A DNA stretch of 64,000 nt from Sphaerodactylus townsendi (lineage: Eukaryota), in the NCBI RefSeq assembly GCF_021028975.2, contig NC_059427.1:64480001-64544000 (forward strand), given 5' to 3'. Positions 1 to 15,000 of this stretch are shown here, one piece after another. Each line of letters opens with the position of its first letter. Position 1 is the first letter of the stretch. Both the position numbers and the translations under genes were made by a program. The notes beneath the pieces are model-generated. The model made no database searches, had not been told where the DNA came from, and saw only the letters and a list, made by a program, of their open reading frames with translations.

Positions 1-17
1 TTTGTCATGGTACTTAC

Positions 18-3000
18 TTCCTTTGTCAGTAATTGTCTCAATAAATTGTTTTGCTTCGTTCACATTCTCAGGAGTAGCTTGGACTAAAGAGCTTTTCCAT
101 GTAGAAACAAGGCTCTCAAACAGTATCAAATTAAAGTGATCAGGTTCCTTTAAATCCTCAACTATTTTTATTAGTGCTTCCCGTGTCTAAAATAAAAGAA
201 ACGGATGAAAAGAAATGAAATCTGGATATATTGGGGGGGGGGGGGGGCGCACAGGGGTATATTAAAAAGCAAGCTTTAACATTATGCAATAGCACATCAC
301 TACATTTTACTGTGCACTGAAGCCATGGCATGCTGAGGAATATCCCTTACAAAAGAAGAAAGATTTTGGAACAAGAAAAAAATATACCCAGGGCAAGAAT
401 AATGCTGCCTGATCTTCTCTACTATGAACAGACAGTGGGGTTTGTAAGATCATACACTTCATCTATTCCTTTTGTACATGAAATACTGGTAGCATTTGGA
501 GTTAACGATGGGTTGTATTAACAACTGCATCTGTCTTTGCAATAACCACAAGAAACTCAGACCACACTTTTCACCCCAGCTGCTTCCTACAAAATTTTTT
601 GTCACTTTTATCAAGGAGGGTTTGTTTTGTTTTAGTTTCCATATGATGTGCTATAATTGGTTCCTCACCCCTGTGCTGTAATTGGTATCTGGTTGAGCAT
701 CTTATATCTGTTCAACCTTGGCCAGGGGCGTAGGAGGGAAAATGGCACATGGGGCAAAATGGTGCCTGGCCCCTGCCCCTGACAGCTGAAAAAGCAGCTT
801 ATACTGTGCCCCAGTGCCTGACTGGTGTGGCAGGGCAAGGGGTAGGGGGGCATACACCCACAGCCGCCTGCCCCCCTGCAGCACCCCACCCCACCCCACC
901 CCCACCCACTTTCTGTTGTTCAGCCAGCTGCTCTTTGCAGCTGCCTGAAAAAGCAGCCTGCTCCAGGCCGGGGGGCCTGGCTGGTGGTGCGGGGCGAGGG
1001 CAGAAGCGGAAGAGGTGGGGGCAATTTTTGACCTCATATGACCCCAATGGGGTGCTCCTGTGCCCTGCTTCCGTTGTAGCCACACGACTGACCTTGGCTG
1101 ACATTTTAAAGCTAAAACTCCTCCTATATGCTGATTCACTTCTAGGGTGAATTCAGTTTCACTCAGAGACAAACTAGATGCTACAGCAGCCACCAGTCTG
1201 ATCTGTGGCTGATGCCCCTCCATGGGGCATGGAGGTGGAAAACAAGGTTGCCAGGTGCCAGTTCCTGCATTTTTAAATTACCGCATTCTTCTCTAAAGTG
1301 CCATTGGCAGTCACGGGTCAGACCAATGACCATCATTAAAATCCAACTTTGGCCCCCAGATACCAATTATAGCACAGTATTTAAGTAGAGGTTGTATGGT
1401 CTGCATCATGACCTTTTTCATAAGAGTCTGGCATTCAAAAATGTCATAAGGGCCCTTATGTAGCAGGACCTAGCAGTTTTGTCCCTCTCTCCCACGCATC
1501 TTTACAAGTGCAGAAACAGTCCCACCCCACAGCTATTTTGGTCCTTGAAAAGGCATGGGAGTGGAAAACAACGTTGCTGGGTGCCAGTTCCCATTCTTTT
1601 GTGGGGCTAATCAGGATTGGGACTTCGTAACATTTTTAAATTGCCACATTTTTCTCTAAAATGGTGTTGGTGATCATAGGTCTGACCTATGGCCACCATT
1701 AACATCCATTTTGGCTGCCATACTTAAATACATCAATAAAGAAAAACTCATCCCCCCAACTGATATTGAATACAGTCAGTTGTGATGCAAGATTTATACT
1801 TGCCCAGTTGCAAGGCATGCTAAGTCTTAGTGTACCCCGAGTAAGCTCATACACATTTCAAACTAAAGGTAGTCACTATAATGTTCTTGTACAACAGTCA
1901 ATAATTCAGACACTGGAAGAATTTAGTACCTTTAATTGAACTGTGTCAGTTACCATTGCTGCAGAAAGCCAGAGCTAAAGAGCCTGGTTTTTGCATCCTT
2001 GTTTACCTCAAACATTTTCCCACTTGCCCTGCCCCCACCCATATTTCCATAGTTTAACAGAACAACAGAATAACAAGGTGAGAACAGCTTTGTTATGGGA
2101 CTCAAGTATCTCAAGGACATGCAATAGTCTTCGCTCCAGGGCCCAGGTGGGGACTGGGGTAAGGAAGCCTGATTCACTGTTACTAAGCGCAGTGATTACA
2201 ATAGAAAATAGACAGATAATAGCAAGCCCAGGTGTGACGTTGGCTCCAGCCAGTCGATGCCAGGCAAGGCAGGAGCCAGGCCTGACAGTCACAAATAATT
2301 CCTAAGCATCCTTCTGGCATTGTAGGACATCAGAATTCAGGGATGGGGCTAGGGTTTCCAATATGTAGTTCAATTAGAAGATGCAGTCCTTCTTGTTAGC
2401 ATGGTAGCATTGCATCCATAGGGCATTCCTGCTCTAACAGCAAATTTATGCAGTCCATCCCAATTACCTTCTGAAGTGTTACAGCCCCAGAAGGATTTTG
2501 CCGTGTACTTTTTCTGAATGTGTTGATATCAGCCTTCACGTAGTAGAAATACCCTGGTTCACATGTCCCTCTAGTCAACTCAAGAAACAAGCTACCTTTC
2601 TAGAAATGTTACTAGAACTAATTAGTATTCAGTTACCTGAGCAATTTTCCGTCCGTACATGGAGCCACTAACATCAATTACAAAGGCAACATTCTTCGGC
2701 AAATGTGTAAGGTTTTTTGGTGCAAAAAAATGCACAAAGTACCCATTGATCATCTGAAAATAGAGATAACGTTTTGTTTGTTTATTATTTAAGCACAAGA
2801 CTGTAAGCAGCTGATTAATTAAAATACCACATGTAACAACGATAAAAACAAACATGCACAAGAGCATAACAATAATCACAGCCAGCACTTGCAACAAGTG
2901 ATTTGTAACTTTTATAATGTAATTCTTTACAAACAGCCAAAACCTCCACAATAACCATAATAGGAGGAAAAAATAGCCTGCATAAATTCTGGAATTTAAA

Positions 3001-6000
3001 AAGGAAGGATGGGCCTCCTTTGAAAAGTTGTTCAAAGGACTCAGTGCTGCCACAGAAAAAGCACATGTTGTCTTGAAGAATTAAAGCTGCTTACATCAAA
3101 AGGAACAGTTCTTTCTAGGAACTCAGCGGATACGTGGTCTTTTATTGGAAGAGGTAATACAAATACCATCAGTGGTGGGATTCAGCAGGTTCGCACCACT
3201 TCGGCAGAACCAGTTGTTAAAATGGTGCTTGTAAACAACCAGTAGTAAAATTATTTTAATCCCACCACCGGACCGGGGTTGTTAAATTATTTTAATCCCA
3301 CCACTGCCATTATTATTATACTTATCTGTCAGTTTATCAATTAGAGGTTGCAAATAATTGGATTTACCTGAAAGTTACTTGGAGAATCTCTGTTCACATC
3401 ATACTTTATTATAAAATCTCCTTGCAATAAAGAGGTTGTACAATTGTCACAGGTTCGTTGTTGATCAATGGTGGGGCTGAATGAAACATGGCCCTTAAAG
3501 AATAAGAATTGATCACCTTACATGAATACATAACGTTGTCCATTTAGAAAGTTTTATATTAAATCTGAAACCCAGTGGACTCCAGTTTCCACAGTCTTAT
3601 TGATTTTTTTTTTCAGCATTTAGACACATTAAATTTATTTGATTCCTGTATGGAAATGTTATCATAATATGAGCTATGTTCCCAAACTGAATGCTATGTG
3701 CCAAGATCAGGAAACCAGGCAAGAAAGAGAATAGGCCACTGTGGGACAGGCATAAATGGATTACCTTAGGAAGACAGTAAGAGGACAGAGAAATTGAATA
3801 CATGCTAGAACCATGTTTTTTTGGGAAGGATATCTGAAGTAATTATTAAAACTGCAGTGACCAGACACAAAGTTATAGGCCTACTGGGAAAATAAAAATG
3901 TCTGGATGGCATACACCCGAGGGCTCTTAAAGCACTCAAACAAGAAATTGTTAATCTCCTAACCAGAATGTGTAACTTGTTGCTAAAATCGGCCTCCCAA
4001 CTGGCTAGAAAGTACCAAATGTTAAAACATTTTTTGAAAAGGAATTCAAAGTGATGGTCTTTAGAAAAAAGTCTGGCATATTAATGTGAACCATACATGG
4101 CACCCCAGTGGATCCATGTATCACCTTTAAATATATTGGGGTAATCTTTCATGGAACTCTCTCCTGGAAAGCTCATTTGGTGGGCACCAAATCTACTGTT
4201 TTAAGAACTGGAGATGCTGCTCTGAAATACTACAACAAGGGAAGATTCTTGATAGATCCAGTTCTGAAATGATACCAGGATAAGACCTTTGTATGGAGTG
4301 GAGATTTGGGGTTAGAATGTTCACATGGTCACCCAGTTGGAATCCACTCAAAATCTCTTGCTGAAGAGAATTTCAGTCCAGCCCAGAAATACCCCAGCAA
4401 GTCTGATATGGACAGACTTGTTAGCCCAATGTCTGTTTTGGTGAATTACAAGAAACTATTACTACATGTAGAATTATTTAGTACATAGAGGAGGAAAAAT
4501 CTTCTGAAGGAAAATCAATATGACTTTTGCAAAGAGAATTTGTTGTATTGCAATGAATTAGCAGAGCAAATAATAGAGCAGAGGTGCAAGTGAGTTGTTT
4601 TGTAGAACTTTACTAGTAACAAATAAAGTTATGCTAAATATAGGAACAGCAAACTATCAATGCAAGTGCTCAGTCTGAGTATCTGTGCAGTCTGTCTGTC
4701 CCTGTGCATCAGCCTCTCCTCTTTTGCTGAAAGAAGAAACAAAGAGATCCTTCCAGAAGCTAGTTGGTTCCCAGGCATCTGACTTCAGCAGTTAGCTCTT
4801 GCTTGACTGAATGAAGCAAGGACTTGTAAAATCCTAACAGAATTTCTGCCTCATCATACTTGAGGAGTTTTGAGAAGGTGAAAAAGCATGTGGATAAGGA
4901 TGATCCAACAGATTATGTGCTTGGACTTCCAAAATACTTTTGATGAGGTACCTCACCAAGAATCTCGAGTAAATGCAGCAGTCATGGGATAAGTAGACAA
5001 TTTAAGTTGTCAGATCCTTCCTTTCATTAAAGGGGGCAAAGACTGGCATAAGAGCAAGACACTGCTCCCCACAAAATGGATGCCTCTCAGAAAGTTTGGG
5101 ATCCATCTTGTGTGTCCCGATGGGAAGGCAGTTGGCCGCTTAACTTTTCCCCTGGCAATAAAGTGTGCCCGGCTGGACAATGGGGCTAGCTGATCTCCAT
5201 TGTATCACCCAAATGTGATTTAATCAACACTCCAAGCAGACCATTACATATCCTATCTGCACCCATCCCAGCAATCAACCAGTATTCATCAGAATAGCTC
5301 AGACATTCTCTTGGGTCTTGGCAACTCATCAAGTTTCTCCTATCTTTTGTTGAAACCCTGGAAAAGTAATCAATTCATTGTCTCTGGCTTCCTGCTAGTT
5401 TACCTCCTACTACCTCAGGACCTAATTTGGGGTATAAACATTGGTCTTTTGACCCTTCATAGAGTGTGTGTTTGTGTGTTCTGGATCTCTGTGCAAACCC
5501 AACTAGTGTGTGGGCTCTTCCTTTTGCTCCTGGATACACTGACCATTTTCCTCTTTAGTGCGGCTTTCCCTGGGTGTCCCATTAAGACTAGTAACTATCA
5601 TCCATCCCATAAACCCTACCCAACTTCCTTTCCTTCGTTTTAGTCAGAACTTTTGTGCTTTGTGTGTGTATGTTTATTACTTAAACTATATTCCTTGTTT
5701 TACTATTTTCATTCTTTAATAAAATCATGTTCTAATTATACAACTGCCTGCCCATTTGAGAGTTTTCACATGGAACTGTCCTGGTACACACATGTTATTT
5801 ATCCCAGTTACTCCCTCTTGCTGTCTGTCTCCAGCTAATTTCCCCTGTTTACAGGGGCTGAAAAAAGCAAAGTCCATGCTCTGGATTATTTGGAAAGAGG
5901 CTGAAAATACAATGACCGATTTCACCAAGCCATTTTATAGATTTTGTGTATAGTTTGGATTGCTGAATCTCAAAAAAGATACAACACAGAAAAAAATTGC

Positions 6001-9000
6001 AGCCCAAAAAGTTCACAGTTGTACTCAGCTGGTCCTGCCAATTCTGGCAATATATAGTTTTCCTAATTAAAAAAAAATTGGAGGAAATATATTTGTAGCT
6101 GTGCAGACACGCATAAGAGAAGCTTAGTTGCTCGGAGGACTCCCATTGAAAAGCATGTTATTATAATGCATATATTATTGTAGTACAACAATTGCAGCAG
6201 CAAATACCAAAATCCGTCAGGGAATGTGATTTTAATATACTGAATATACTTGCATTAAGTCGAATTTTTCAGTACATTTTTTGTGCTGAAAAAGCCCCCT
6301 CGATTTATACGCGAGTGAGGTGTATTTTAAAAAATATTTTAGGGTTTTTACTTTGTCGGCCGCCAGGGGACGCAGTTTTTAGGATAGTGGCACCAAAATT
6401 TCAGGGTATCATCAGGTGGCACTCTTGATGATAACAGCCAGGTTTGGTGAAGTTTGGTTCAGGAAGTCCAAAGTTATGGACCCCCAAATGGGGTGCCCCC
6501 ATCCCCCCGTTGTTTCCAATGGGAGCTAATAGTAGATGGGGGTACATTTTGAGGGTCCATAACTTTGGACCCCTTGAACCAAACTTCACTAAACCTGGGT
6601 GGTAACATCAGGATAATCTCTTGCTGATACCAGCCAAGTTTGGTGATGTTTGATTCAGGGGGTCCAAAGTGGGTGCTCCCATCCCCCATTGTTTCTAATG
6701 GAAGCTAATAGTAGATGGGGCTACCCTTTTGAGGGTCCATAACTTTGGATCCCCTGAACCAACCTTCGCCAAACCTGGGTGGCATCATCATGAGGGTCTC
6801 CTAAAGATACTCTGAAATGTTGGTACTGCTAACATAAACATTCTTCCCCTGACAGGCACCCTCAAATTTTCCCCAGATTCTCCCTTTAAATCACCCCCCT
6901 CTTCTGAGTGGATTTAAAGGTAAAATCAGCGCTTACAGAGCTAGTTTACTGTTTTTCTTTGAAATAAATATTCAAAAACATTTAACCTACTGATGCCTCA
7001 ATTAATGTAATTTTATTGGTATCTATTTTTATTTTTGAAATTTACCAGTAGCTGATGCATTTCCCACCCTCGACTTATACGCGTGTCAATAAGTTTTCAC
7101 AGTTTTTTGTGGTAAAATTAGCTGCCTTGACTTATACACGAGTATATACGGTAATTAGGCACTTTAAAAGAACTGTGAGGAAATAGGGAAGATGGTGGGG
7201 CAAAGATTCTAAGTAACTGAAAAACCTATTAGTTTCAACTGCTTTCCAATACAAGTGCTCAGACCAGATATACAGATTTTTACAAGACCTACCTTTTTCC
7301 CCGAGAAAGACTTTTTTACAACTGGTAACAATTCATTGCTGATGAACGTTCCTTCTGCCTCAAGATCGCTGATACCCTGAGGCTCAAATATGCGTACATC
7401 AATCTAGAATGGGCAAAGAAATTAAGTTGAAATCACAATATAATGTCCAGGGAACTTCTTGGACAATTAAAAAATACACCTATAAAACAAAGGTTGCCTG
7501 ACTAATGATTTTACAAACTTGCATCAAATCTAATTTCAAGAAACAAATCTATGTTCCAATAACACAGTCCCTGAAAAATCAGAAGATGTATACAGACTGA
7601 TCCAGTTTGAAGGTTTCTTACTGGGAACGTCTCAAAGCTGCATTCAAACATCATGATTATTTGACTGAACTGCATTTACTTGTAATGTCTAGATGTGGAC
7701 ATGAACTGGTTTATGTGGGGCTCTAAAGCATGCTTCTTAACTACAGTTTGTAGCTGGTGTCAAAGATGGGGGTTTCCAACCCACCATGTCTTTGCAAAGA
7801 TGGTTTGATTCTCCAGTAATGAAATATGAGACCCTGGAATAAATCTCCTTCCTGTAACTTCACCAAAATTGGGTTTGGACTCCTACAGCATAATACACCA
7901 ATACAAGCAACAGGCTTTACTGAAAAGATTAAAGAAAAGGGTTCAGTCTTAAGAATAAGCCAAAGAACAAGAAGGTGCAATAAAATAGCAAATTTAACTT
8001 CCTAATTTACACTTATGGATGTGGAAGCAAGTAGATCTGAACATCTTCAAATCAGCACAAGTAACATAGCAGCAGGTAGGAGATGGAGCAAGATGATACT
8101 TGGCCCATCACTGGCTCTGATGTTATTATTGGGCCAGATGGTTATAAGCTAACTTTATAGGAAGCTGGACCAATGACCAGTGTAAGCCAATCACAAACAT
8201 GATCCAAAAGACAATTCTCGAAGAAATGGAGCAAGGTTCCATCTATCATTGCTAAGAGTAGTTAAGTCACATTGTTTTGAAATTCAAAGGTGTAATCTCA
8301 AGTTTTTCATCTTATCTTGGGAACAGTGTTTGAACAGTAAGCATATTAGGAAATGGGCAACTGCTTCAAATTCATGACATGGCCAAAACATTGGTGTTGA
8401 AATTCTCAGGCTGGTTGATACAGAGATGACCATTTCTCTTTTCAGCTGGTTTGTACTAATGAAGAAATTTAGAAATTCTATTTTTTTAGTAGCACCACCA
8501 CTTTTAGCTGCAAGGACAGAGATGGTAGTGTAGAGCAATTGAAAAATATCTTGCTATTCCAGTAGGATATGTCTGTATATCTAGCATATTTTTTATCTCA
8601 TCTCTCCTTCAAGAAGCTCAGAGTGGCACAAATGATTCTCCCTTCCTCATTATTGCTCACAGTTATTCCAGTCACAGCTTTGCCCTTCTCTAATATATCT
8701 CCTAATGCCCACTGCCCTGATAGCAATAACTTGGAAAGCCTCTTTCTTGATGAAATTGTGGGGTAAGCGCTGCGATGCCTGTCTGCCTTGCCATGGCATG
8801 GCTACAAGCCCACTTCCGCCCTTATCAGGGCTGAAGCTGGGGACTCCTTCCTGCCCATCAGGAGCAGCAACTGCAGCCGCGCTGATTCATGGCTGCTCTG
8901 TAACTTGGAAATTCTAACTGTGTAGTAATATTTCTCACAAAGATTCTCACAAAGGTAACTTTAAAGGGCAGCAGAGCAAAATAATTGAACAAATGCTATT

Positions 9001-12000
9001 AGTAGGATATTTGATGCAGGATATGGGGGAGACAAATTCAAGGACAGCCCCAGGTCCCAGTCTATTAACATGGGAGTTCACAAAGCACACAGGACAGCCC
9101 CAGGTTCCAAGAGCAAATTCAAGGACAGCCCCAGGTTCCAAGAGCAAATGGAGGGACTGCTGGTAGATAACACAAAAACAACAACCCTCATGAAGCCTCA
9201 AAGGTATATCTCAAGCACAATTATGTACTTGTTCCCAAAATTTATTTCACTTTGAAGAGAAACATAGTTTAGGGAAGGTAGTGATATGTTGGAAAGAATG
9301 GGTATGGATAGCTGTAGGATGTCTGTTTGATTTCTTATTATGAAGGTTTAAAGAATGTTGTGAAATAGCAAGTTGTAAAGGGGAGAAGAAGGTTGAAGGT
9401 TTTAAAGCTGGGCTCAAGAAATCCCAGCACCAAGAAATATAATCTAGTGCCTAGTATTTTTAGCAACCATTTTATTGTAGCATTTCTCAGCAATTCTCCT
9501 TTTCCTGTTTCCTCTCAGATTCCTCCAGTGTATTCTACAGATGAAGCAATATATTATATTCCTTTCCTAGCTTTGTTGACCAGTGTTTGAACCATTACTT
9601 TTCCAGCTCATGAAGAATATACACAGAAAAGTTTTACTGCATTTGCTGCCTGCAGAAAACACTAACAGTTTAATAGAATAACAGTCCAATCGTAAGTGGA
9701 GTTACACTCTTTTAAACCCACTGATTTATTTGAACCTACCTCAAATTTATTGACAAGTTGTTTTGGATTTACTTTTATGAACATCTCATATTTCCCAAAG
9801 CTTCTCTTCAGCAGTTCCTCATAGGTCAGCTCAAAAGTGACTTTGCTGGCTGCAGCAATGTTGACTGAAACACTGAATTTTTCTGTTTTTCTTCCAGAGG
9901 CCCTTTGTACATTGAATAACGGAGTAATTATAATTTGTTAATATCTAGATCATTACTAAGGTGCTCTATAAACTTCATCCTATGAAAAGCTTTCAAAACA
10001 TCACAACTAAATTGTAATGGGAGTGTGAGGTCTTATATAAGTGTAACATTTCAATGGATTAAAGAAAAAACTAAAAAAACTAAACCTAGGTTTGTTATAG
10101 CTGTTATACATGTTTACATGTTATTTGCCCAGATTAGAAGCTTGTTCTGGTTTTTTTCCTTTTACAACATTCTTCATATCAGTTATACAATATATCCCAT
10201 TTAGATGCTACTGAAGCAAAAATTAAAATGTGCCTTAATTCAATGGGGAAATTTGTTGCAAGGAAATAGAAAATTGGATGAAAACAAAGGCTCTGAAATT
10301 CAGTTCATATAAGGAAAATAAAATAAAGAAATGGAGATTTGGACTTGAAGCAATGAGATTGTGAAATTGGGTAGCATCCATAAAACCTACACATGCTAAT
10401 GCAAGGTCAGCTGGAACATGATGCCCATGGAAAAGGCAAATCCATTTTGTGACACGCCACCTGCCAGCTGCTTCTCTCTGCCCCCCACATGTGACTCAGA
10501 CAAAGAAGGGAAGTTTGCACTTTTCCCACGAACCCAAATGTGGCAGCGAGGCTCTCTCCAGCAGCCCACCCAGGACTGTTCATTTGGGTACTTAAGGGAT
10601 GGCAGTTGTAATGTTTGTCTTGTTTGCAGATTGCCCCTTGACAGCCTATGAAATATTTACACTATTGTTGGTGCTTAAGTGTGATTGAATGAATTACCCG
10701 ATTGGTGATACTGAGGAAGATTTCGAAAAATACTGGATACGTGCAACGCGTTTCTACGGCACTTGATTCTTACCATCATAGATGGACGGTTAATGAATTT
10801 GAATAAGATAACTGAGGGACTTATTGGTTGGAATGAAGACTCCAATATTTGGCTTGGATATATTACATGGGATGATCCAATTTATTCAGTTGGGGTGTTG
10901 GTAACCTACGTTAACTGTACCTTTAAGAGACTTACGCTATGTATGTTATATTTGTTACTTTTGATGAGCTGTACTAAAAATTATTTGTGTTCACGAGTGA
11001 CAGCCTGAATGCAGCGTGTAATTGATTGATTGGATATTGCTGACGTTGCATTCATTGAGATTTGGATTAAATATTGTTGCTATGCCATGACTGGTAATGT
11101 CCTGATATTTGATAATTGGGGCTATGCTTATTGATGTTGTTGTTTTGTTGTTTGATATTTGTTGGTTTGATATTTGATTCGTAGTTTGTTGTTATTTGTT
11201 TGTTGTTAGCCACCCTAAGCCCTACAGGGGAGGACGGGGTACAAATCAAATAAATGAATGTAAGAGGAAGCCATGGTTTATGTGGGAGAGAAGCCATTTT
11301 TGTAGTACATGTTTTGTGGTGATGCTGCATAAATTTTTTCAGAAGGCAAAAATTAAATAAATATGAACCCTATTTCTCTGCTAGGCAAGATATTCTGGTT
11401 TCTATGTTAACTGTCCATCTAAGTTCATCTGTTGGATCTTTGACCCTCTTAGTAACTTGCAATGCTGTCAACCTTGGCATCATTTTGAACTGAACAGTCT
11501 AAAATAGTTTGCCTATTTTGGGAAGAAAAAAACCCAGACTCCATCCTAAGCTTTGGACTCACAGTTTCAGAGAAGTTTCAGATCTGGTGCTTTGACTGAG
11601 ATGCCCACTCTCCTATTGAGGAGAGAAATGAAACACTAAAGCTCTGTGTTGGTTTCAGACTTACTTTACGAGACCTGCAGTCTGTCCCCGTGAAACAGCT
11701 TTCTGGTATTGCTGCTGGGCCACTTCTTTTTCTTTTATGACTCCAGGATAGAGAACACCATCAATCATCCTAAAGAAGGAAGGACATCTAAGTACTAAAA
11801 GGCAATTGTATATTTTACTGGTTATTATCTCCAGTTCATTAGATTACTATTTCCATGTAGCTCATTGGACATCACCTTGAGAGGCACAGGCTACAATTAC
11901 TATGAGAAGGGAAACATTTTTGGGATCAATCATAAGTACTACTTAGAAGTGAATATCATATAATTCAATGGGACTTGCTCCCAGAAAAGTATCCTTGGGA

Positions 12001-15000
12001 TTGCAGCCTTCGGACTTACAGATAGGAGGTTCAGAAACTTTCAGTCATCTAAAATCTTGATCTGAGTTGCAGGGACACAGGCACTTGCACCATTGAAAGA
12101 CACTGAGATCTTATTCCTAGAAAGAAGAACTGAACTAGCTGCCTCTGCTTGATTCAAAGGTAAGATCTACCCAAGTTGTGTTTTTTCCTGTTAGACAGGC
12201 AAGGCTGCTTCAAAGCATTTTGTCAATCCAAAAAATCTACACCTATTTCTTTCTCCTGTGGTGCCCTGGCCTGGTCAAAGTTGGGTCCCAGTGGCAGTAC
12301 AGGTTCAGGAGCTGATGTCTATTATCCCCTGAACTCTGAGGGATGGAAGTGAGCTAAGCTCCTGCAATGCATTCTCTACCTTCTTATTGTGCTACCCCAA
12401 ACAGATACAGAATCCACTGACCTCAAAGACTTTGATTCTATGCAAAAGGGGCTAGAAAAATTGTGTTCCCATGTGGTTGGGATGAAATGTGTCTCTGGAG
12501 AAAATCATTCCATACTTTCCAACTTCTGGTATACTTTTGGACAAAAAAAATAAATGGTAGGTATTCTGCACCAGCAATAACACACTTCTTCCAAAAAGCT
12601 GGTTTAATTTGCATTAGCACTTATGTCTCAGTGCTGTTTTTGACAAAGAAGTGTTTTTAAAAAAATGTTATTGCAATAGTCTTGCAACTAGGTACTTCCA
12701 TAAACTGTACATCATGCTGAAAAGTCCAAAAGAATTGTTCAAGTGCAGTTGCTGGCAGGAAATACATATATATTTCCAGAATCTACTCACTGTAATTATT
12801 CATAAAATATCCTCATGCAAATACTGGTAATACTTAGGGTTAACAACAGCGTTGATAGCAATTATGTACTGAACACGGTTACAAATTATCCAGTTTTGCC
12901 CTCTGGACTCGTTGACTTAAGTTATATTCTACATACATAGTAAAATTTGTAATAAAAGCTGTTTTAGGAAGCTCCACATCAAAGAAAGCTTCCTTGGACA
13001 TATTGGCACGATTGACAGCACGACTGGTGATGACATTACGGGAAAACCGGGAAGTAACGCTGCAATCAATCTTCACCCAGTAGACTTCAATTCCTTTGGT
13101 GTGCTGCAAAGTGAAAGATTGGTAAAAAAATTACTGTTCTATATAGGAATTCTTTGTGTGTTGTGGGGGGAGCGATACTCTTCCCTAGTCTGAGTTTTAA
13201 ACACTACATTTTAGACAATATAAAAAGAGACAATCAAGATATTTCTGGATTAATTGAATTGGCACAAATTGAACAAGAAAACATAATGTTAGATTTAGTG
13301 CCATTCAATTCAATCACAAAAAGATAAATTATCTTTTTTTCTGTTCGTTAATTAACAAAGATGCTTCCTTATGTAATAATAAACAAATACCATGTAGACT
13401 TTAAATCAACAGTGTCCATTATTATCTTAGTTTACATTCCTAATTATTTAGAAACTCTCTTTTGTTTATATTTATTACCATTACTTTATCTGTATTTATC
13501 GTAAACATCTTAAATTTAGCTATTATTAGCCCTACACTATTATGCTATTCTAACATCAGTTAAAACAGTTCAAAACAGAGTATATGTATCAAAATAGTGA
13601 AACTGCAATATGTATTTATTAATGTTATTAATTTATTAACATTATTATGATTATTGCAAAGGTATTTAAAACTCCACAAATAATAGTCAAAAAAGTAATT
13701 AATATGCAATACTTCGTTAATAACTCTTAATTTTCAGTATCATAAGAATTCAGTTTGGTCAACACTTTTTTCAGTCTATCAGCTAAAGGTGAGGGACAGT
13801 GCAATCCTATTCCAACTTACCCCATTCTAAACTCATTGAAATCAATCACCTTAAATCTCAACCTTCCTAATGCCGTGACCCTTTAATACAGTTCCTCATG
13901 TTGTGGTGACCCCCAACTCTAACCTTTATCCATTTTACAGATGGAGAACACTGATGCAGAGAGTCTTAGGCGAAAAATCAGTGTAAAATGGAAAAACAAT
14001 GGAGAAAAAATGAAGGAAAAACATTTCCGAAACCAGAGGGAAAAAATATGAGGGATTCAAAGAAAAAAAGTAGCATTTGGCAGCAAGATTAATTGTAAAC
14101 AACTTGTGCAGAAAAGGCTAGTGCTCAAAAGTGGAATTGGCCTGTAAGATGTTACAAAGAGTGAATATGTGCTCTGTTTATGAATTACAACCACTCTGGC
14201 TGTTCATCACACCAGTTTCCGCAGTGTAAATATTTTATTTAATGGTTCAGCCAATATATCATCTGTATATGTTTTATATTAAATTGCCTTCAAGTCATTA
14301 GGACAAGAAGAGTAGGCAAATTCTGGGCTGCAGCCCTTGTGAACTGATCCTTTGCTCTATAACAGAAGTGGATATATTTGGGGAGTCTACGCAGTAATTA
14401 CTACTTCTTGAGGGCTCTTCTCCTCCCTGGGGAGAAATACAGGGAAGTACTGCAAGTTAAGCACAGTTACGTTCCCTATGGATGACAGAATGCTTTGAAA
14501 ATTAATGGAATCTTCATAATTATATAGCTAATTTCCAACTTGGCCCAGTACAGACTAAAAAATCAACTCAATGGGGCATTTGGGAATTGCATAGAAATGC
14601 AAAGAATGAGGAATAGAAGGAAAAAGTTTGAACCCCCCCCCCCACACACACACACACAATGTGGGGGAGGGGGAGGGGGAGAGGGAGAGGGAGGGGGAGA
14701 AAATGGCAGAAAAAGGAGAAACTTAAAAAAACACAGTTGGAGAGAAAGAAGAATGGTGTCAGCATACGTGCACACATCAGAAATGGAAAAAAAATAATGA
14801 CAGAGAAGAGAGAAGAAAGGGAAGTAGAGATAGCATGGGGAGGAGAGCTAACAAGAGGAAACGAGGTTCAGTTTCCCAACAATGTCTAGAAGCCAGATCC
14901 TATTAGAAGCTTCTAGCCATCTCTCAAATTCTTTTTGTATTCAAATCCAACCTTTAACCCTTGTCTTCTTCTAGGCACACAAACTTTTCAACCCCCTCCC

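Noticed and set aside
10690-11070. Penelope-like or hammerhead-like motif CTGAGGAAG...CGAAA
   Set aside because: No convincing stems or second copy. Too weak to call.
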